DNA from: an uncultured Verrucomicrobiae bacterium | Lineage (GTDB): Bacteria; Verrucomicrobiota; Verrucomicrobiia; Opitutales; JABDGR01 | Assembly: GCA_963765205.1 (NCBI GenBank) | Contig: CAVXVB010000011.1 | Coordinates: 32,001 to 96,000 of the forward strand | Length of the DNA: 64,000 nt | Direction of reading: 5' to 3' | Position numbers and translations under genes: made by a program | The notes under the pieces: generated by a model | Databases searched by the model: none | Seen by the model: only the letters and a program-made list of their open reading frames with translations | What the model was told of the DNA's origin: nothing | Shown: one piece after another, positions 1-9,222 of the stretch | Position numbering within the stretch: position 1 is the first letter of the stretch | Layout of the letters: each line of letters opens with the position of its first letter

Positions 1-1
1 G

Positions 2-418
2 TTGGCGGCGGTGCGCTATCTGACGGGCTTCAACGCCCGCCTTTCCGCCAACATCGGCTACGACTCGTATGCCGATGGGTTGGGTGACTTGAATGCCAAT
101 CTCGCCCAAGCCATGCTCGATGTGAAAGACCAGAGCTTTATTGACGAGATCAACCGCATCCGCGATCTCTATAACTCCGCGGGCGAATTTTGGCAGCGCT
201 TCTCCGCCCAGGGCGTCACCGAAATCAGCCTCTCGCCCACGGACCGCTATAAATACGCCAACCTAGGGGTTAATTTTGTGGACAGCTACAATCCCCGCCC
301 CTCCGATGTGAAAAAGTTCTGGCTGTGCGCCTCCGACGAAATTGAAAAACTGGTTGATTACAACAGCACGGACTTGGGGCGCGACGGCGTGTCGGTGACC
401 GGCCTTTTTGGCCGTTGA
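2..418 (+). CDS. Hypothetical protein, C-terminal part (runs off the window start)
   Basis: Open frame from window edge to TGA at 418 with host-like codon usage; no recognisable motif. Confidence 0.6.
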   Translation: MAAVRYLTGFNARLSANIGYDSYADGLGDLNANLAQAMLDVKDQSFIDEINRIRDLYNSAGEFWQRFSAQGVTEISLSPTDRYKYANLGVNFVDSYNPRPSDVKKFWLCASDEIEKLVDYNSTDLGRDGVSVTGLFGR

Positions 419-593
419 GTTGCGGCGAGGTCGGCCGCATACTATTGGCCGCGCATGGAAGGCCCCTTGCCAGAGACGACCGTCACGCCGGCGGAGCCTA
501 TCCGGCGCCGCTGGCGCAATCGTGTGGTCGCGTTCATCGGCGGCCGGCCGCGGAGCCGCCGGCGGCGGTCGGGGAATCACCCCTGGCGCGAAT

Positions 594-2060
594 ATGCCCT
601 GGGCACTGGCCGTGGTGGCGGTGATTACTTTGTTGGGCGCCCCCTTGCCCGAGGATTTTTATTTGGGGCTGGGCCTGATCTACCTCCTTGCGCTGATTCT
701 GGTAAGTTTGCGGGTGGGCCACGGCGCGGCCTTGTGGACGGGCTTGTTGAGTGTCGCCGTCTGGGATTATGCCTTTATCCCGGCGCGCTGGGGTTGGGCC
801 ATTGATAAACTGTCGGACGCCCTTTTGCTCGGGCCATATTTTGTGCTCGCGCTGGTGTTCAGCCAGGTCACGGTCTGGATCCGCGACCAGGCCCGCGAGG
901 AGCGTGAGCGCGAACAGCACGCCACCGCGCTCTTTCACTTGACGCGGTCGCTCGCTGCCGCGCGCACCCTGGACGAAGCCGCCGTCAATTCCTTGCGGCA
1001 ACTCGAACAACTGCTCGGCGTCCGGACCACCTTGGCGCTGTTTGGTGAAAATGGCGGCCCGCTGGCCCGACATGCCGCGAGTGAATATGCCCTGGACGAG
1101 CGGGAACGTCCCGCGGTGGATGCCGCCTGGCAATCGCGCCACCCGGCCGGTCGCTTCACCGCCACGCAGCCCCTATCCGCGGGTTATTACCTGCCTTTGT
1201 TGCGCAACGAGCGTGTCCTGGGGGTATTGGGTGTCCTGCCGCCCACGGCCCGGGTTTTGGATGCCGGCGAGCGCGAGTTTAACCAGGTGTTTGCGCGGCA
1301 GCTTGCCCTTATGGTCGAACGCGAACATTTGCGCGCCGCCGGCGAACGCGAAAAGCTGCTCGCCGAGTCGGCCAAGCTGCAACGCACGCTGCTCGAAAGC
1401 GTTTCGCACGAGTTGCGCACGCCGCTGGCCGTCATCACCGCCGCGCTCGAAAACCTCGTCACCGCCGACCCCGCGCTCCACGCCAGCCTGATCGAGGAGG
1501 CCCGCACTGCCACCCACCGCCTCAACCGCCTCGTCGGCAATTTGCTCGACCAGACGCGCCTCGAAAGCGGCGCCCTCAAACCCCGCCTGAATTGGTGTGA
1601 CACGCGCGACATTATCAATGCGGCCCTCGGCGGCGCGCGCGAAGCCTGCCACGGCCGCCCGCTCACCATCAACGTGGCCGAGAATTTTCCACCGGTCCGC
1701 GCCGACTTCGCGCTCACGGAACACGCGCTGGCCAATCTTATTTTCAATGCCGCGCAGCACACGCCCGCCGGCACGGCGGTCGCCATTTCCGCCGGCCTCG
1801 AGGCGGGCGGCCGCCGGGTTTTTATCGCCGTGGCCGACCAGGGACCCGGCATTCCCCCGGCCCAGCGCGAGCTGCTCTTCCTCAAATTCACGCGGGGCGA
1901 AGCCGCGCGGGCCGGCGGGCTGGGCCTCGGGCTGGCGCTGGTGCGCGGCTTCATCGCCGCGCAGGGCGGAGAAGTTGTCATCGGTGATACCCCCGGCGGC
2001 GGCGCCACGATTACGCTTTACCTCCCGCATGTGGCCGCCGATAATCCCCCTCCCGAATGA
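594..2060 (+). CDS. KdpD-like sensor histidine kinase (4-TM DUF4118-like, GAF, HisKA, HATPase) lacking the N-terminal KdpD/Usp domains
   Basis: Four TM segments, SHELRTPL H-box, DQGPGI and GLGLGL boxes; overlaps the kdpE-like gene (ATGA). True start may be ATG 455 via a 1-nt frameshift at 597-599. Confidence 0.8.
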   Translation: MPWALAVVAVITLLGAPLPEDFYLGLGLIYLLALILVSLRVGHGAALWTGLLSVAVWDYAFIPARWGWAIDKLSDALLLGPYFVLALVFSQVTVWIRDQAREEREREQHATALFHLTRSLAAARTLDEAAVNSLRQLEQLLGVRTTLALFGENGGPLARHAASEYALDERERPAVDAAWQSRHPAGRFTATQPLSAGYYLPLLRNERVLGVLGVLPPTARVLDAGEREFNQVFARQLALMVEREHLRAAGEREKLLAESAKLQRTLLESVSHELRTPLAVITAALENLVTADPALHASLIEEARTATHRLNRLVGNLLDQTRLESGALKPRLNWCDTRDIINAALGGAREACHGRPLTINVAENFPPVRADFALTEHALANLIFNAAQHTPAGTAVAISAGLEAGGRRVFIAVADQGPGIPPAQRELLFLKFTRGEAARAGGLGLGLALVRGFIAAQGGEVVIGDTPGGGATITLYLPHVAADNPPPE

Positions 2061-2746
2061 CGGCTGCCCACCCCCTCTTGCTCGTTGTGGACGACGAGGT
2101 GCAAATCCGCCGCTTGCTCCGTGTGACGCTCGAGGCGTGCGGTTTCAGTGTCTGCGAAGCCGGCACTGGCGAGGAGGGCCTCAGCGAAGCCGCCGCCGTC
2201 TGCCCCGAGGGCGTCATCCTCGACCTCGGCCTGCCTGACGTGGATGGCGTGGCGGTCCTCAAGCGCCTGCGCGAGTGGTCGCAAATCCCCGTCCTCGTCC
2301 TCACCGTGCGCGACACCGAGGACGACAAAATCGCCGCCCTCGACGCCGGCGCCGACGATTATTTGACCAAGCCGTTCGGCAGCCGCGAGCTGGTCGCGCG
2401 CCTGCGCGCCATTTTGCGCCGTATCCGCGGTGGCAATGACCCCGCCCCCGTGCGCTTTGGCGACATCGAGGTGGACCTGTCCGCGCGCCTCGTGCGCCGC
2501 GCCGGCGCCGAGATTCACCTGACGGCCCGCGAATACGGCTTGCTGCGCATGTTGGTGCTGCAACGCGGCAAAGTCGTCACCCACCGGCAAATTTTGCGCG
2601 AACTCTGGGGCCCCAATGCCGAGGACAACACGCACTACCTCCGCGTCTTCATGACCCACCTGCGGCAGAAACTGGAGCCCAACCCTGGCGAACCCCGCCA
2701 CCTGCGCACCGAATCGGGCATCGGCTACCGGCTCGTCGAGGATTAA
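2057..2746 (+). CDS. kdpE: OmpR-family response regulator, KdpE-like
   Basis: VVDDE, LDLGLPD, GADDYLTKPF, winged helix HYLRVFMTHLRQKLE...TESGIGYR typical of KdpE. Confidence 0.85.
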   Translation: MTAAHPLLLVVDDEVQIRRLLRVTLEACGFSVCEAGTGEEGLSEAAAVCPEGVILDLGLPDVDGVAVLKRLREWSQIPVLVLTVRDTEDDKIAALDAGADDYLTKPFGSRELVARLRAILRRIRGGNDPAPVRFGDIEVDLSARLVRRAGAEIHLTAREYGLLRMLVLQRGKVVTHRQILRELWGPNAEDNTHYLRVFMTHLRQKLEPNPGEPRHLRTESGIGYRLVED

Positions 2747-2765
2747 GGCCCGATCAAACCAAATT

Positions 2766-2856
2766 TTCACCGCAAAGACGCGAAGATCGCAAAGAATTAA
2801 TTCTGTTAATTCCGACAAAAAATCCCGCTTTGCGCCCTTCGTGCCTTTGCGGTGAA
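2766..2856. repeat. Palindromic MITE/REP-like element, copy 1
   Basis: TTCACCGCAAAGACGCGAAGATCGCAAAG ... CTTTGCGCCCTTCGTGCCTTTGCGGTGAA; homologous to 48544-48666 and 51705-51799. Confidence 0.8.
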
Positions 2857-2862
2857 TCCTCC

Positions 2863-3726
2863 TCACTGCTCCACATAATATTTCGTCAGTTCGCCAATCA
2901 GGTAATCCTTGGCCTCGCGGACGGTGTCGCAGATTTTGAACAGGGCCAGGTCTTCCTCGCTGATGACACCCCAGTCGAGGAAGTGGTCCCAGTTGATCAG
3001 CGGCCGCCAGAATTCCGAGCCGAACAGCACGACCGGCACGTATTTCTTCGTCTTGCGCGTTTGGATCAGCGTCAGCATCTCGAACAATTCGTCGAGCGTC
3101 CCAAAGCCGCCGGGGAAGGCGATCAACGCCTTCGCGAGGTAAAAGAACCAGTATTTGCGCACGAAGAAATAGTGGAACTCGAAGGACAGTTCCGGCGTGC
3201 AATAGGCGTTCATGACTTGTTCGTGCGGCAGGCTGATGCCCAGGCCGAGGCTCGGCCCGCCCGCCTCCTTCGCCCCGCGGTTGGCCGCCTCCATGATGCC
3301 CGGCCCGCCGCCCGTGCAAATCGGAAAGCGCTTCGCCGGGTCGGGGATGGACTGCGACCAATAGGTCAGCTCGCGCGCCAGTTCGCGCGCCAGGTCGTAA
3401 TACGGCGCGGCCGTCACCGCCTTGCGCGCGCGGTCGAGCTTGACCTTTTGCTCGCGGGTGATGGCGGGCTTTTTGCGGATTTCCGCCTCGAGCGCCGCCA
3501 GTTCCTGCTGCGCCTCATCCGGCGCGCGCAGCCGGGCCGAGCCAAAGAACACCAGCGTGTTCTCAATTTGATGCAGGGCCAGGCGCCCGGTCGGTTCGGT
3601 CATCTCGCACAGCACGCGGACGGCGCGCGCCTCGGGACTGTTGAGAAAGGCGGGATTCTCGTAAGCCTTGAGCGGCCCGCCCGACGGCGGGGCCTTGCTG
3701 GGCAAATGGGGAGTATCAGAGGGCAT
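2863..3726 (-). CDS. LOG-family (lysine decarboxylase-like Rossmann fold) nucleotide phosphoribohydrolase
   Basis: FFGSAR, TGGGPGIMEAANRGA, FHYFFVRK, PGGFGTLDE motifs; start placed at MPSDT. Confidence 0.9.
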   Translation of the reverse strand: MPSDTPHLPSKAPPSGGPLKAYENPAFLNSPEARAVRVLCEMTEPTGRLALHQIENTLVFFGSARLRAPDEAQQELAALEAEIRKKPAITREQKVKLDRARKAVTAAPYYDLARELARELTYWSQSIPDPAKRFPICTGGGPGIMEAANRGAKEAGGPSLGLGISLPHEQVMNAYCTPELSFEFHYFFVRKYWFFYLAKALIAFPGGFGTLDELFEMLTLIQTRKTKKYVPVVLFGSEFWRPLINWDHFLDWGVISEEDLALFKICDTVREAKDYLIGELTKYYVEQ

Positions 3727-3904
3727 AAGGAGGCGAAAGTTGGGAATTACGAATTTCGAATGATGAAACTGGAAACACAAAGGCAGGGTAGCGTCCTAAT
3801 TTGAAAGTCGTTGACTGGCAAGGGCGGTGTTGCGTAGCGCAACAAAACTTCTCACCGCGTTCCCGCCCAGCCGTTTCATTCAGGCTTTGCCCCAATCCGC
3901 CTTC

Positions 3905-5014
3905 TTATGGAAAAGTGAATTGCTGGGATAGCTTGAATTCGAGGCTTTGGTCCATGGTGTCGTTTGGGGCACCCGGCGGTTGGACAGAAGCGCGGTATTT
4001 TTTTGCGGACACTGTGGAAGTCTTTGTCAGTACGCCTGTGTCGGTGTTAACGGGGCAACTCAAACTTAATTCACCCTGCAAATCCATCGCCAGATTGGGA
4101 ATTTTAGTGGACGCTGGCTGGGGAGGAAGATTCATTCCGTTGATGGTAAAATTACCCGATACCGCCGCCGCCTGATCATTACCGCTGCCTGTGACGTTAT
4201 CGAATTTCATCGTGACGACGGTCGCCGGAAATTCGAGTGGGCGATGCTGGGGGTCCGGGGCCATGGGCGGGTCAAGGTATTGGGCAAGCTCGTTGAATGC
4301 CTCAAGTGTTTTTTTCAGCGCGTCCGCCTTCGCGGGCCAGCTATCCCCTGGGACGACGGCCTCCTTCGGCCCAAATATGTCCTGATCGGTTCCCGCGTAA
4401 TCGTCCAAGTCAATCAACATCCGGAGGTAGTAAGCCGCCGCGTGATAGGTCGGCCGACCATTGGCGCCAATCGTCATGGACGGAATAGTCGTATTGCCAA
4501 TGATTTCGCCGATCAGCGGCTTGTCATCCACGGTGAAAGTCTCCAGGCCGTCCTTGTCGCGTTCGACGACAACTTTCGCGCCCGGCCCGAGTATTTGAGT
4601 GGGCCGCTGCATTTTACCGATCGGGTTGTTATTCACCGGTCGGCCGCCCGAGGTGGCATTCATGGCCGTTACGGTCAGGCCCATCTTGGTCAGCGCGCCA
4701 TTTTTGGTGGCCAGCACTTCGGCCATTCCTTCGATATGACTTTCAATGTCAATGGTGGTGTCGAGTCTGTAGGCAGTGGGATCGGCTGGGTCGAACGAGG
4801 TCGCGTGGACCTTGATGAACGCATCGGCAAGATAGGTAAACTTTTGGCCCACCTTCCAGGCGGGCTTGAGGTTAATCGGATATTTTTTCCCCGTGGCCGA
4901 GGCAGCCGTTCCGGTGGCTGGGGTTGCGTTGTCGCTGGCTCCTCGGCTTGGGGCGGAGGAGGCGAGCATCGCGAAGACTACCATCGTCAACATGGTTGCA
5001 AAGGGAGATTTCAT
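3905..5014 (-). CDS. Hypothetical exported protein
   Basis: N-terminal signal peptide, A/T-rich linker, beta-rich body; no family recognised. Confidence 0.7.
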   Translation of the reverse strand: MKSPFATMLTMVVFAMLASSAPSRGASDNATPATGTAASATGKKYPINLKPAWKVGQKFTYLADAFIKVHATSFDPADPTAYRLDTTIDIESHIEGMAEVLATKNGALTKMGLTVTAMNATSGGRPVNNNPIGKMQRPTQILGPGAKVVVERDKDGLETFTVDDKPLIGEIIGNTTIPSMTIGANGRPTYHAAAYYLRMLIDLDDYAGTDQDIFGPKEAVVPGDSWPAKADALKKTLEAFNELAQYLDPPMAPDPQHRPLEFPATVVTMKFDNVTGSGNDQAAAVSGNFTINGMNLPPQPASTKIPNLAMDLQGELSLSCPVNTDTGVLTKTSTVSAKKYRASVQPPGAPNDTMDQSLEFKLSQQFTFP

Positions 5015-5093
5015 GGCAGGGGTGGCGCTGGGGATTTACCGTGGAGAATGGAAGGGGCAGTGGGTTAATTTTAAGAATCACCGAAAAGGTGGA

Positions 5094-5984
5094 TCATTCT
5101 GGCAAAACATTTTTGCTATCGCGCACCGCTTCCTCCTTAAACAATTGCTCATGGCAAAAGGGACACTCGCCGCTTTTCAAGATTGCTTCGGTCTTGCCGC
5201 GATAGATCACATTGCGGCGACAACCAGGACAGTGCACCCCCCAAAAACGGTTGGCTAGAAAATAAAACACCAGCGGGATGGACACCATCACACCCAAAAA
5301 AAGCAGGCCGAGCAACAGGGGGATTGCGCCGTGAGGAATCCCGGGGTGCTGTTGGTAGAAAAGGTCCATCTGCTGCTTAAGCGCCGGACGATTCTTGGGC
5401 GAAAGCGGCAAGCTAATGGCCAGGGCAATTCCCATAAGCAGCATCAACATGCCGAAATAGCATTTGGCGATGGTTTTTTTCCAGCGCTCAGAATAATTTT
5501 TGAATTCGGAGCGGGTCATGGCCAGTCCGTCTAATGAGCTTTTTGTTTTTCCATGAGGACCATTGTCGGCGACTCTTGGTCGTATGGGAACGTTAATATC
5601 AACTTCCCCATCAAACAATCTCGCCTGGCAAAACGGACACTTCCCGCTCCGCAACACATCTTTGGGCCGGCAACGGCTGGTGACGTAACTTTGACAATTT
5701 GGGCACTGCAGGCCAAGCCAGCGCCTGGTGAAGTAAATGAACAAAAAAACGGGAACCCCGACTGACCCAAGAAAAACCAGACCAAAAATCATGCCTCCCA
5801 CGAGGCCATCCCAGCCCGTCCGTGTCTGGCCCGGTGCCGGTGGCGCTAGAGGGCTATGGGGAGATTGTAGCCAACCTAAAATAATAGCAAGCAGCACTGT
5901 GCCGAGCATCAGAATACAAGGGAGGATGGTATTCGCCGCAATTTTTATGCGCCGGGTTGCAATCTCGTATTCAGAGCGGGTCAT
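5094..5984 (-). CDS. Membrane protein made of two tandem (2 TM + zinc ribbon) units
   Basis: MTRSE..TM..TM..CPNC..GKCPFC, then MTRSE..TM..TM..CPGC..GECPFC. Confidence 0.7.
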   Translation of the reverse strand: MTRSEYEIATRRIKIAANTILPCILMLGTVLLAIILGWLQSPHSPLAPPAPGQTRTGWDGLVGGMIFGLVFLGSVGVPVFLFIYFTRRWLGLQCPNCQSYVTSRCRPKDVLRSGKCPFCQARLFDGEVDINVPIRPRVADNGPHGKTKSSLDGLAMTRSEFKNYSERWKKTIAKCYFGMLMLLMGIALAISLPLSPKNRPALKQQMDLFYQQHPGIPHGAIPLLLGLLFLGVMVSIPLVFYFLANRFWGVHCPGCRRNVIYRGKTEAILKSGECPFCHEQLFKEEAVRDSKNVLPE

Positions 5985-6222
5985 GGCGTATTATTGCTAA
6001 AATTTGGAGTTAGTGAAGCAGCCCAGTCGGAGATAATGGCATAATCGCCAAGGCAGCGGCCGGCGAAACTTCATCGGGGAGTGGGTTCCGTGGTTGAGCC
6101 AAAAAATACAAATGGGGGAACCCCAAGCTATGACGTCTCATTGCGCAAATAAAGGACAAAAGCGTCCATCCCTGTCTCAGCTCGCGTTCCACCTTCAAAC
6201 TCCATGTCGCCGTATTTTTGGC

Positions 6223-6252
6223 TTCATCCTTCATCCCTCATCCTTCATCCTT
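6223..6252 (+). repeat. Heptamer tandem repeat (TTCATCC)n just upstream of the MFS start
   Basis: TTCATCC TTCATCC CTCATCC TTCATCC TT; identical to 30107-30136. Confidence 0.9.
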
Positions 6253-6260
6253 CTCTCCTC

Positions 6261-7580
6261 ATGGTTTCGCCCCATCCTGACGAAGCCTCGCGCAATACCC
6301 CCGCCGAGGCCCGCGAATTGCGCAAGGCCGTGCTGTCCGCGTTCATGGGTGCGGTCATCGAGTGGTATGACTTTTTTCTCTACGGCACGGCGGCCGCGCT
6401 GGTTTTTCCGCGGCTGTTTTTCCCCGAGGCCAGCCCGCGGGCGGGGACGATGGCCGCGTTTGCCACTTACGCCGTTGGGTTTTTCGCGCGGCCCGTCGGC
6501 AGCGTGCTCTTCGGGCATTTGGGCGACCGCTTCGGGCGCAAGACCACGCTGGTCTGGACGCTGACGCTGATGGGCGGCGCGACGTTTCTCATCGGCTGTT
6601 TGCCATCTTACAGCGCGGCGGGAATGCTCGCGCCGGTTTTGCTGGTCGCACTGCGCTTTGGGCAGGGGCTGGCGATTGGCGGCGAGTGGGGTGGGGCGGC
6701 GCTAATGGCGGTCGAGCACGGCTACAAGGGTCGGCGCGGCCTGCATGGCAGTTGGGCGCAGATTGGCGTGCCGGTCGGTTTGTTGCTCGCCAATGGCGCG
6801 TTCGCGCTCGCTACGATTCGCGGCGACGATTTTCTCCTGCTCTGGGGCTGGCGGATTTGTTTTTGGTTCGGTTTGCTGCTGACGATGGCGGGACTGGTCA
6901 TCCGCAAGCGAGTGGCCGAAACGCCGCTCTTTCAAAAGACCGCGAGCACGGGTGCGCGGGCGCGCAACCCCCTCGGTGAAGTGCTGCGCCGGCAGTGGCG
7001 CCAGGTTCTGCTGGTTATTGGCGTGCGGGTGGCGGAAAACGCCGGGTTCTACGTTCTGACCGTGTATGCGCTCTCCTACGCGAAGGCCCAGATGGCCGGC
7101 TCGGAAAAAATCCTGCAACACGCCATGTTGCTCGCGGCGGCGGTCGAGGCCGTCATGATTCCCGCCTGCGGGGCGTTGTCGGACCGGTTTGGCCGCCGGG
7201 TGGTTTGCTGCGCGGGCAACGCCTTGTTCGCGGTGGGCATCTTTCCCTTCTTTGCGGCGATTGACACGCATAGCGCGCCGCTCATTTGGCTGGCGATGGT
7301 GCTGATCATCGGCTTCGTCCACGCCGCGATGTATGCGCCGCAAGCCGCTTTTTTCGCGGAGTTGTTTCCGACCAACCTCCGCTACAGCGGGGCCTCGCTG
7401 GGCTACGGCCTGTCCACCCCGCTGGCTGGCGGTCTCGCGCCACTGATTGCGGCCTCCTTGGTGCAGGTGGCCGGCGGACGCCCCTGGCTCATGTGCTCCT
7501 ACCTCGCCATCCTTGGGGTGATTTCCTGCGTCGCGGCCTTCTGCGCGAAGGAAACACATCATATCAACATCGAACATTGA
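6261..7580 (+). CDS. MFS transporter, MHS (metabolite:H+ symporter, ShiA-like) family
   Basis: IEWYDFFLYG, FGHLGDRFGRK, GGEWGGA, ELFPTNLRYSG; about 12 TM. Confidence 0.92.
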   Translation: MVSPHPDEASRNTPAEARELRKAVLSAFMGAVIEWYDFFLYGTAAALVFPRLFFPEASPRAGTMAAFATYAVGFFARPVGSVLFGHLGDRFGRKTTLVWTLTLMGGATFLIGCLPSYSAAGMLAPVLLVALRFGQGLAIGGEWGGAALMAVEHGYKGRRGLHGSWAQIGVPVGLLLANGAFALATIRGDDFLLLWGWRICFWFGLLLTMAGLVIRKRVAETPLFQKTASTGARARNPLGEVLRRQWRQVLLVIGVRVAENAGFYVLTVYALSYAKAQMAGSEKILQHAMLLAAAVEAVMIPACGALSDRFGRRVVCCAGNALFAVGIFPFFAAIDTHSAPLIWLAMVLIIGFVHAAMYAPQAAFFAELFPTNLRYSGASLGYGLSTPLAGGLAPLIAASLVQVAGGRPWLMCSYLAILGVISCVAAFCAKETHHINIEH

Positions 7581-7704
7581 ACATCCAACATCGAACATCC
7601 AACGCTCAACATCGAATGAAAGGCCGTGGAGCGCCATTGAATATCTAGTCTTGGCAATTTTTCTTCATTGGAAGTTGGATGTTGGGCGTGCGATGTTGGA
7701 TGTT
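7566..7704. repeat. Inverted pair of heptamer tracts (AACATCS)n...(SGATGTT)n between the convergent MFS and waaA genes
   Basis: 7 units at 7566-7614 containing the MFS stop; reverse-complement arm at 7664-7704. Confidence 0.85.
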
Positions 7705-7714
7705 GTGGCGCACG

Positions 7715-9103
7715 TTATCCCAGTAGAGCATCCAACGCTGCCACCGTGCGCTCCGTCGCCCCCTGATTGGCCATGTGCCACGCGCGGCTGGCGGCGCCCA
7801 TTTGCGCGCGGCGCGCGGGGTCTTGCAGCAACGCGAGCAGCGCCTGCCGGGCCGCGGCGTCATCCTCCACGCGCCAGGCCGCGCCGGCCTCTTCGAGGCT
7901 GCGGCACACGTCTCTGAAATTGCTCATGCGCGGCCCGTAAACCAGCGGCAGGCCGAGCGCCGCGGCCTCAATGGGCGTCTGCCCGCCGTCATTCGGCGGC
8001 AAACTTTTGCCGATGAAGGCCACGTCGGCGGTTTGCGTGAGGCGCGCGAGTTCGCCCGTGGTGTCGCCCAAATAAATTTTCACCGCCTGCGGCGCGCGCG
8101 GGGACATTGAGCGCGCGTGCCAGGCCAGCGGCTGCTTTTCGAGCAACGCGATGATTTCCCCGCGCCGTTCCGCATGGCGCGGCACCAGCAGCAGCCGCAC
8201 GTCCAAGCCCGCCGCGAGCGCGTCCTGTTGCGTCGCCAGGAGCATCACCTCTTCGCCCGGCCAAGTCGAAGAGCCAAGTAGAACGAAAGTAGTTTCGAGT
8301 TTCGAGTTTCGAGTTTCGGGTTTTAAGTCTTGGGTCTCGGGTTCTGAGATTTGAGATTTGAAATTTGAGATTCGCTGGCCGGATTCGGCGTCGGAGCCGA
8401 AGCCGAGTTCTTCGAGCAGCGCCGCGCGTTCAGCAGCGCCGAGCTTTTCCACCTTGGCCGCCGCGTCAAATTTCAAACTGCCCGTGAGCCGGGTGTTCAT
8501 CGGGTTTGCGCCGAGGGCGAGAAAGCGTTCCTGATCCGTGGCCGTCGCGCACAAAATCAACCGCAGTTGCCCGAGCAGCTTACGCGCGACGCCCCGCACC
8601 TTTTGGTAGCGCGTAAACGAACGGTTCGACATGCGCCCGTTGATCAGCACCACCGGCACGCCGCGCGCCTGGGCCTGGTGGAGATGCTCGGGCCACAGTT
8701 CTGCCTCCATCAGCACGGCCAAGTCGGGTTCCAGCCGCCGCCAGGCAGTGCGGCTGGAGGGCCAGAAATCGAGCGGAAAAATCCCGACTTTGAGCACGTC
8801 GGCGGCAAATTTCTCTCGCAAAATTTTATACGCCGTGCTGGTGGTCGTGGTGAGAACGATTTCCGTATTCGGCCGCGCACGGAGTTGGGCCAGCAACGGC
8901 CCGAGGGCCTGCGCCTCGCCCACGCTCACCGCCTGAATCCAGACGCGCTTGACGCCCGGGCGCTTCGGCGGCGGCCGGTCTATCAAGCCGAACCGATGGT
9001 GGAAGTCGTGCCGGTAGCCGCCGCGCTTCCACATCCGGCACGCGTAATAGGGCAGGAGGATGACCAGCACTGGCAGAAAGAGGATGCGGTAGAGCCAAAT
9101 CAT
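7715..9103 (-). CDS. waaA: 3-deoxy-D-manno-octulosonic acid (Kdo) transferase
   Basis: WIQAVSVGE, EAELWP, GSLKFD, LVPRHAER, DTTGEL, GGQTPIEAA, GPRMSNF; start MIWLYR; carries an in-frame repeat insert at 8291-8374. Confidence 0.93.
   Translation of the reverse strand: MIWLYRILFLPVLVILLPYYACRMWKRGGYRHDFHHRFGLIDRPPPKRPGVKRVWIQAVSVGEAQALGPLLAQLRARPNTEIVLTTTTSTAYKILREKFAADVLKVGIFPLDFWPSSRTAWRRLEPDLAVLMEAELWPEHLHQAQARGVPVVLINGRMSNRSFTRYQKVRGVARKLLGQLRLILCATATDQERFLALGANPMNTRLTGSLKFDAAAKVEKLGAAERAALLEELGFGSDAESGQRISNFKSQISEPETQDLKPETRNSKLETTFVLLGSSTWPGEEVMLLATQQDALAAGLDVRLLLVPRHAERRGEIIALLEKQPLAWHARSMSPRAPQAVKIYLGDTTGELARLTQTADVAFIGKSLPPNDGGQTPIEAAALGLPLVYGPRMSNFRDVCRSLEEAGAAWRVEDDAAARQALLALLQDPARRAQMGAASRAWHMANQGATERTVAALDALLG
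8291..8374. repeat. 12 x 7-bp tandem repeat inserted in frame in waaA
   Basis: AGTTTCG x4, GGTTTTA, AGTCTTG, GGTCTCG, GGTTCTG, AGATTTG x2, AAATTTG, AGATTCG = 84 bp. Confidence 0.9.
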
Positions 9104-9222
9104 AGTGCTGCGGCGCGGATGGGAGGACGGCTGGGGAGTTTCCCTGTGCCGGGAAGGATTGCCCTCCCCCAGGAAATCGTTTACAGCAACTACTTTCCCC
9201 AAAAAACGCAACCCCCGCTTGC

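Noticed and set aside
2018..3361. 447-aa minus-strand ORF spanning kdpE and the LOG gene
   Set aside because: Off-frame or antisense to two clear genes and reads through a repeat element
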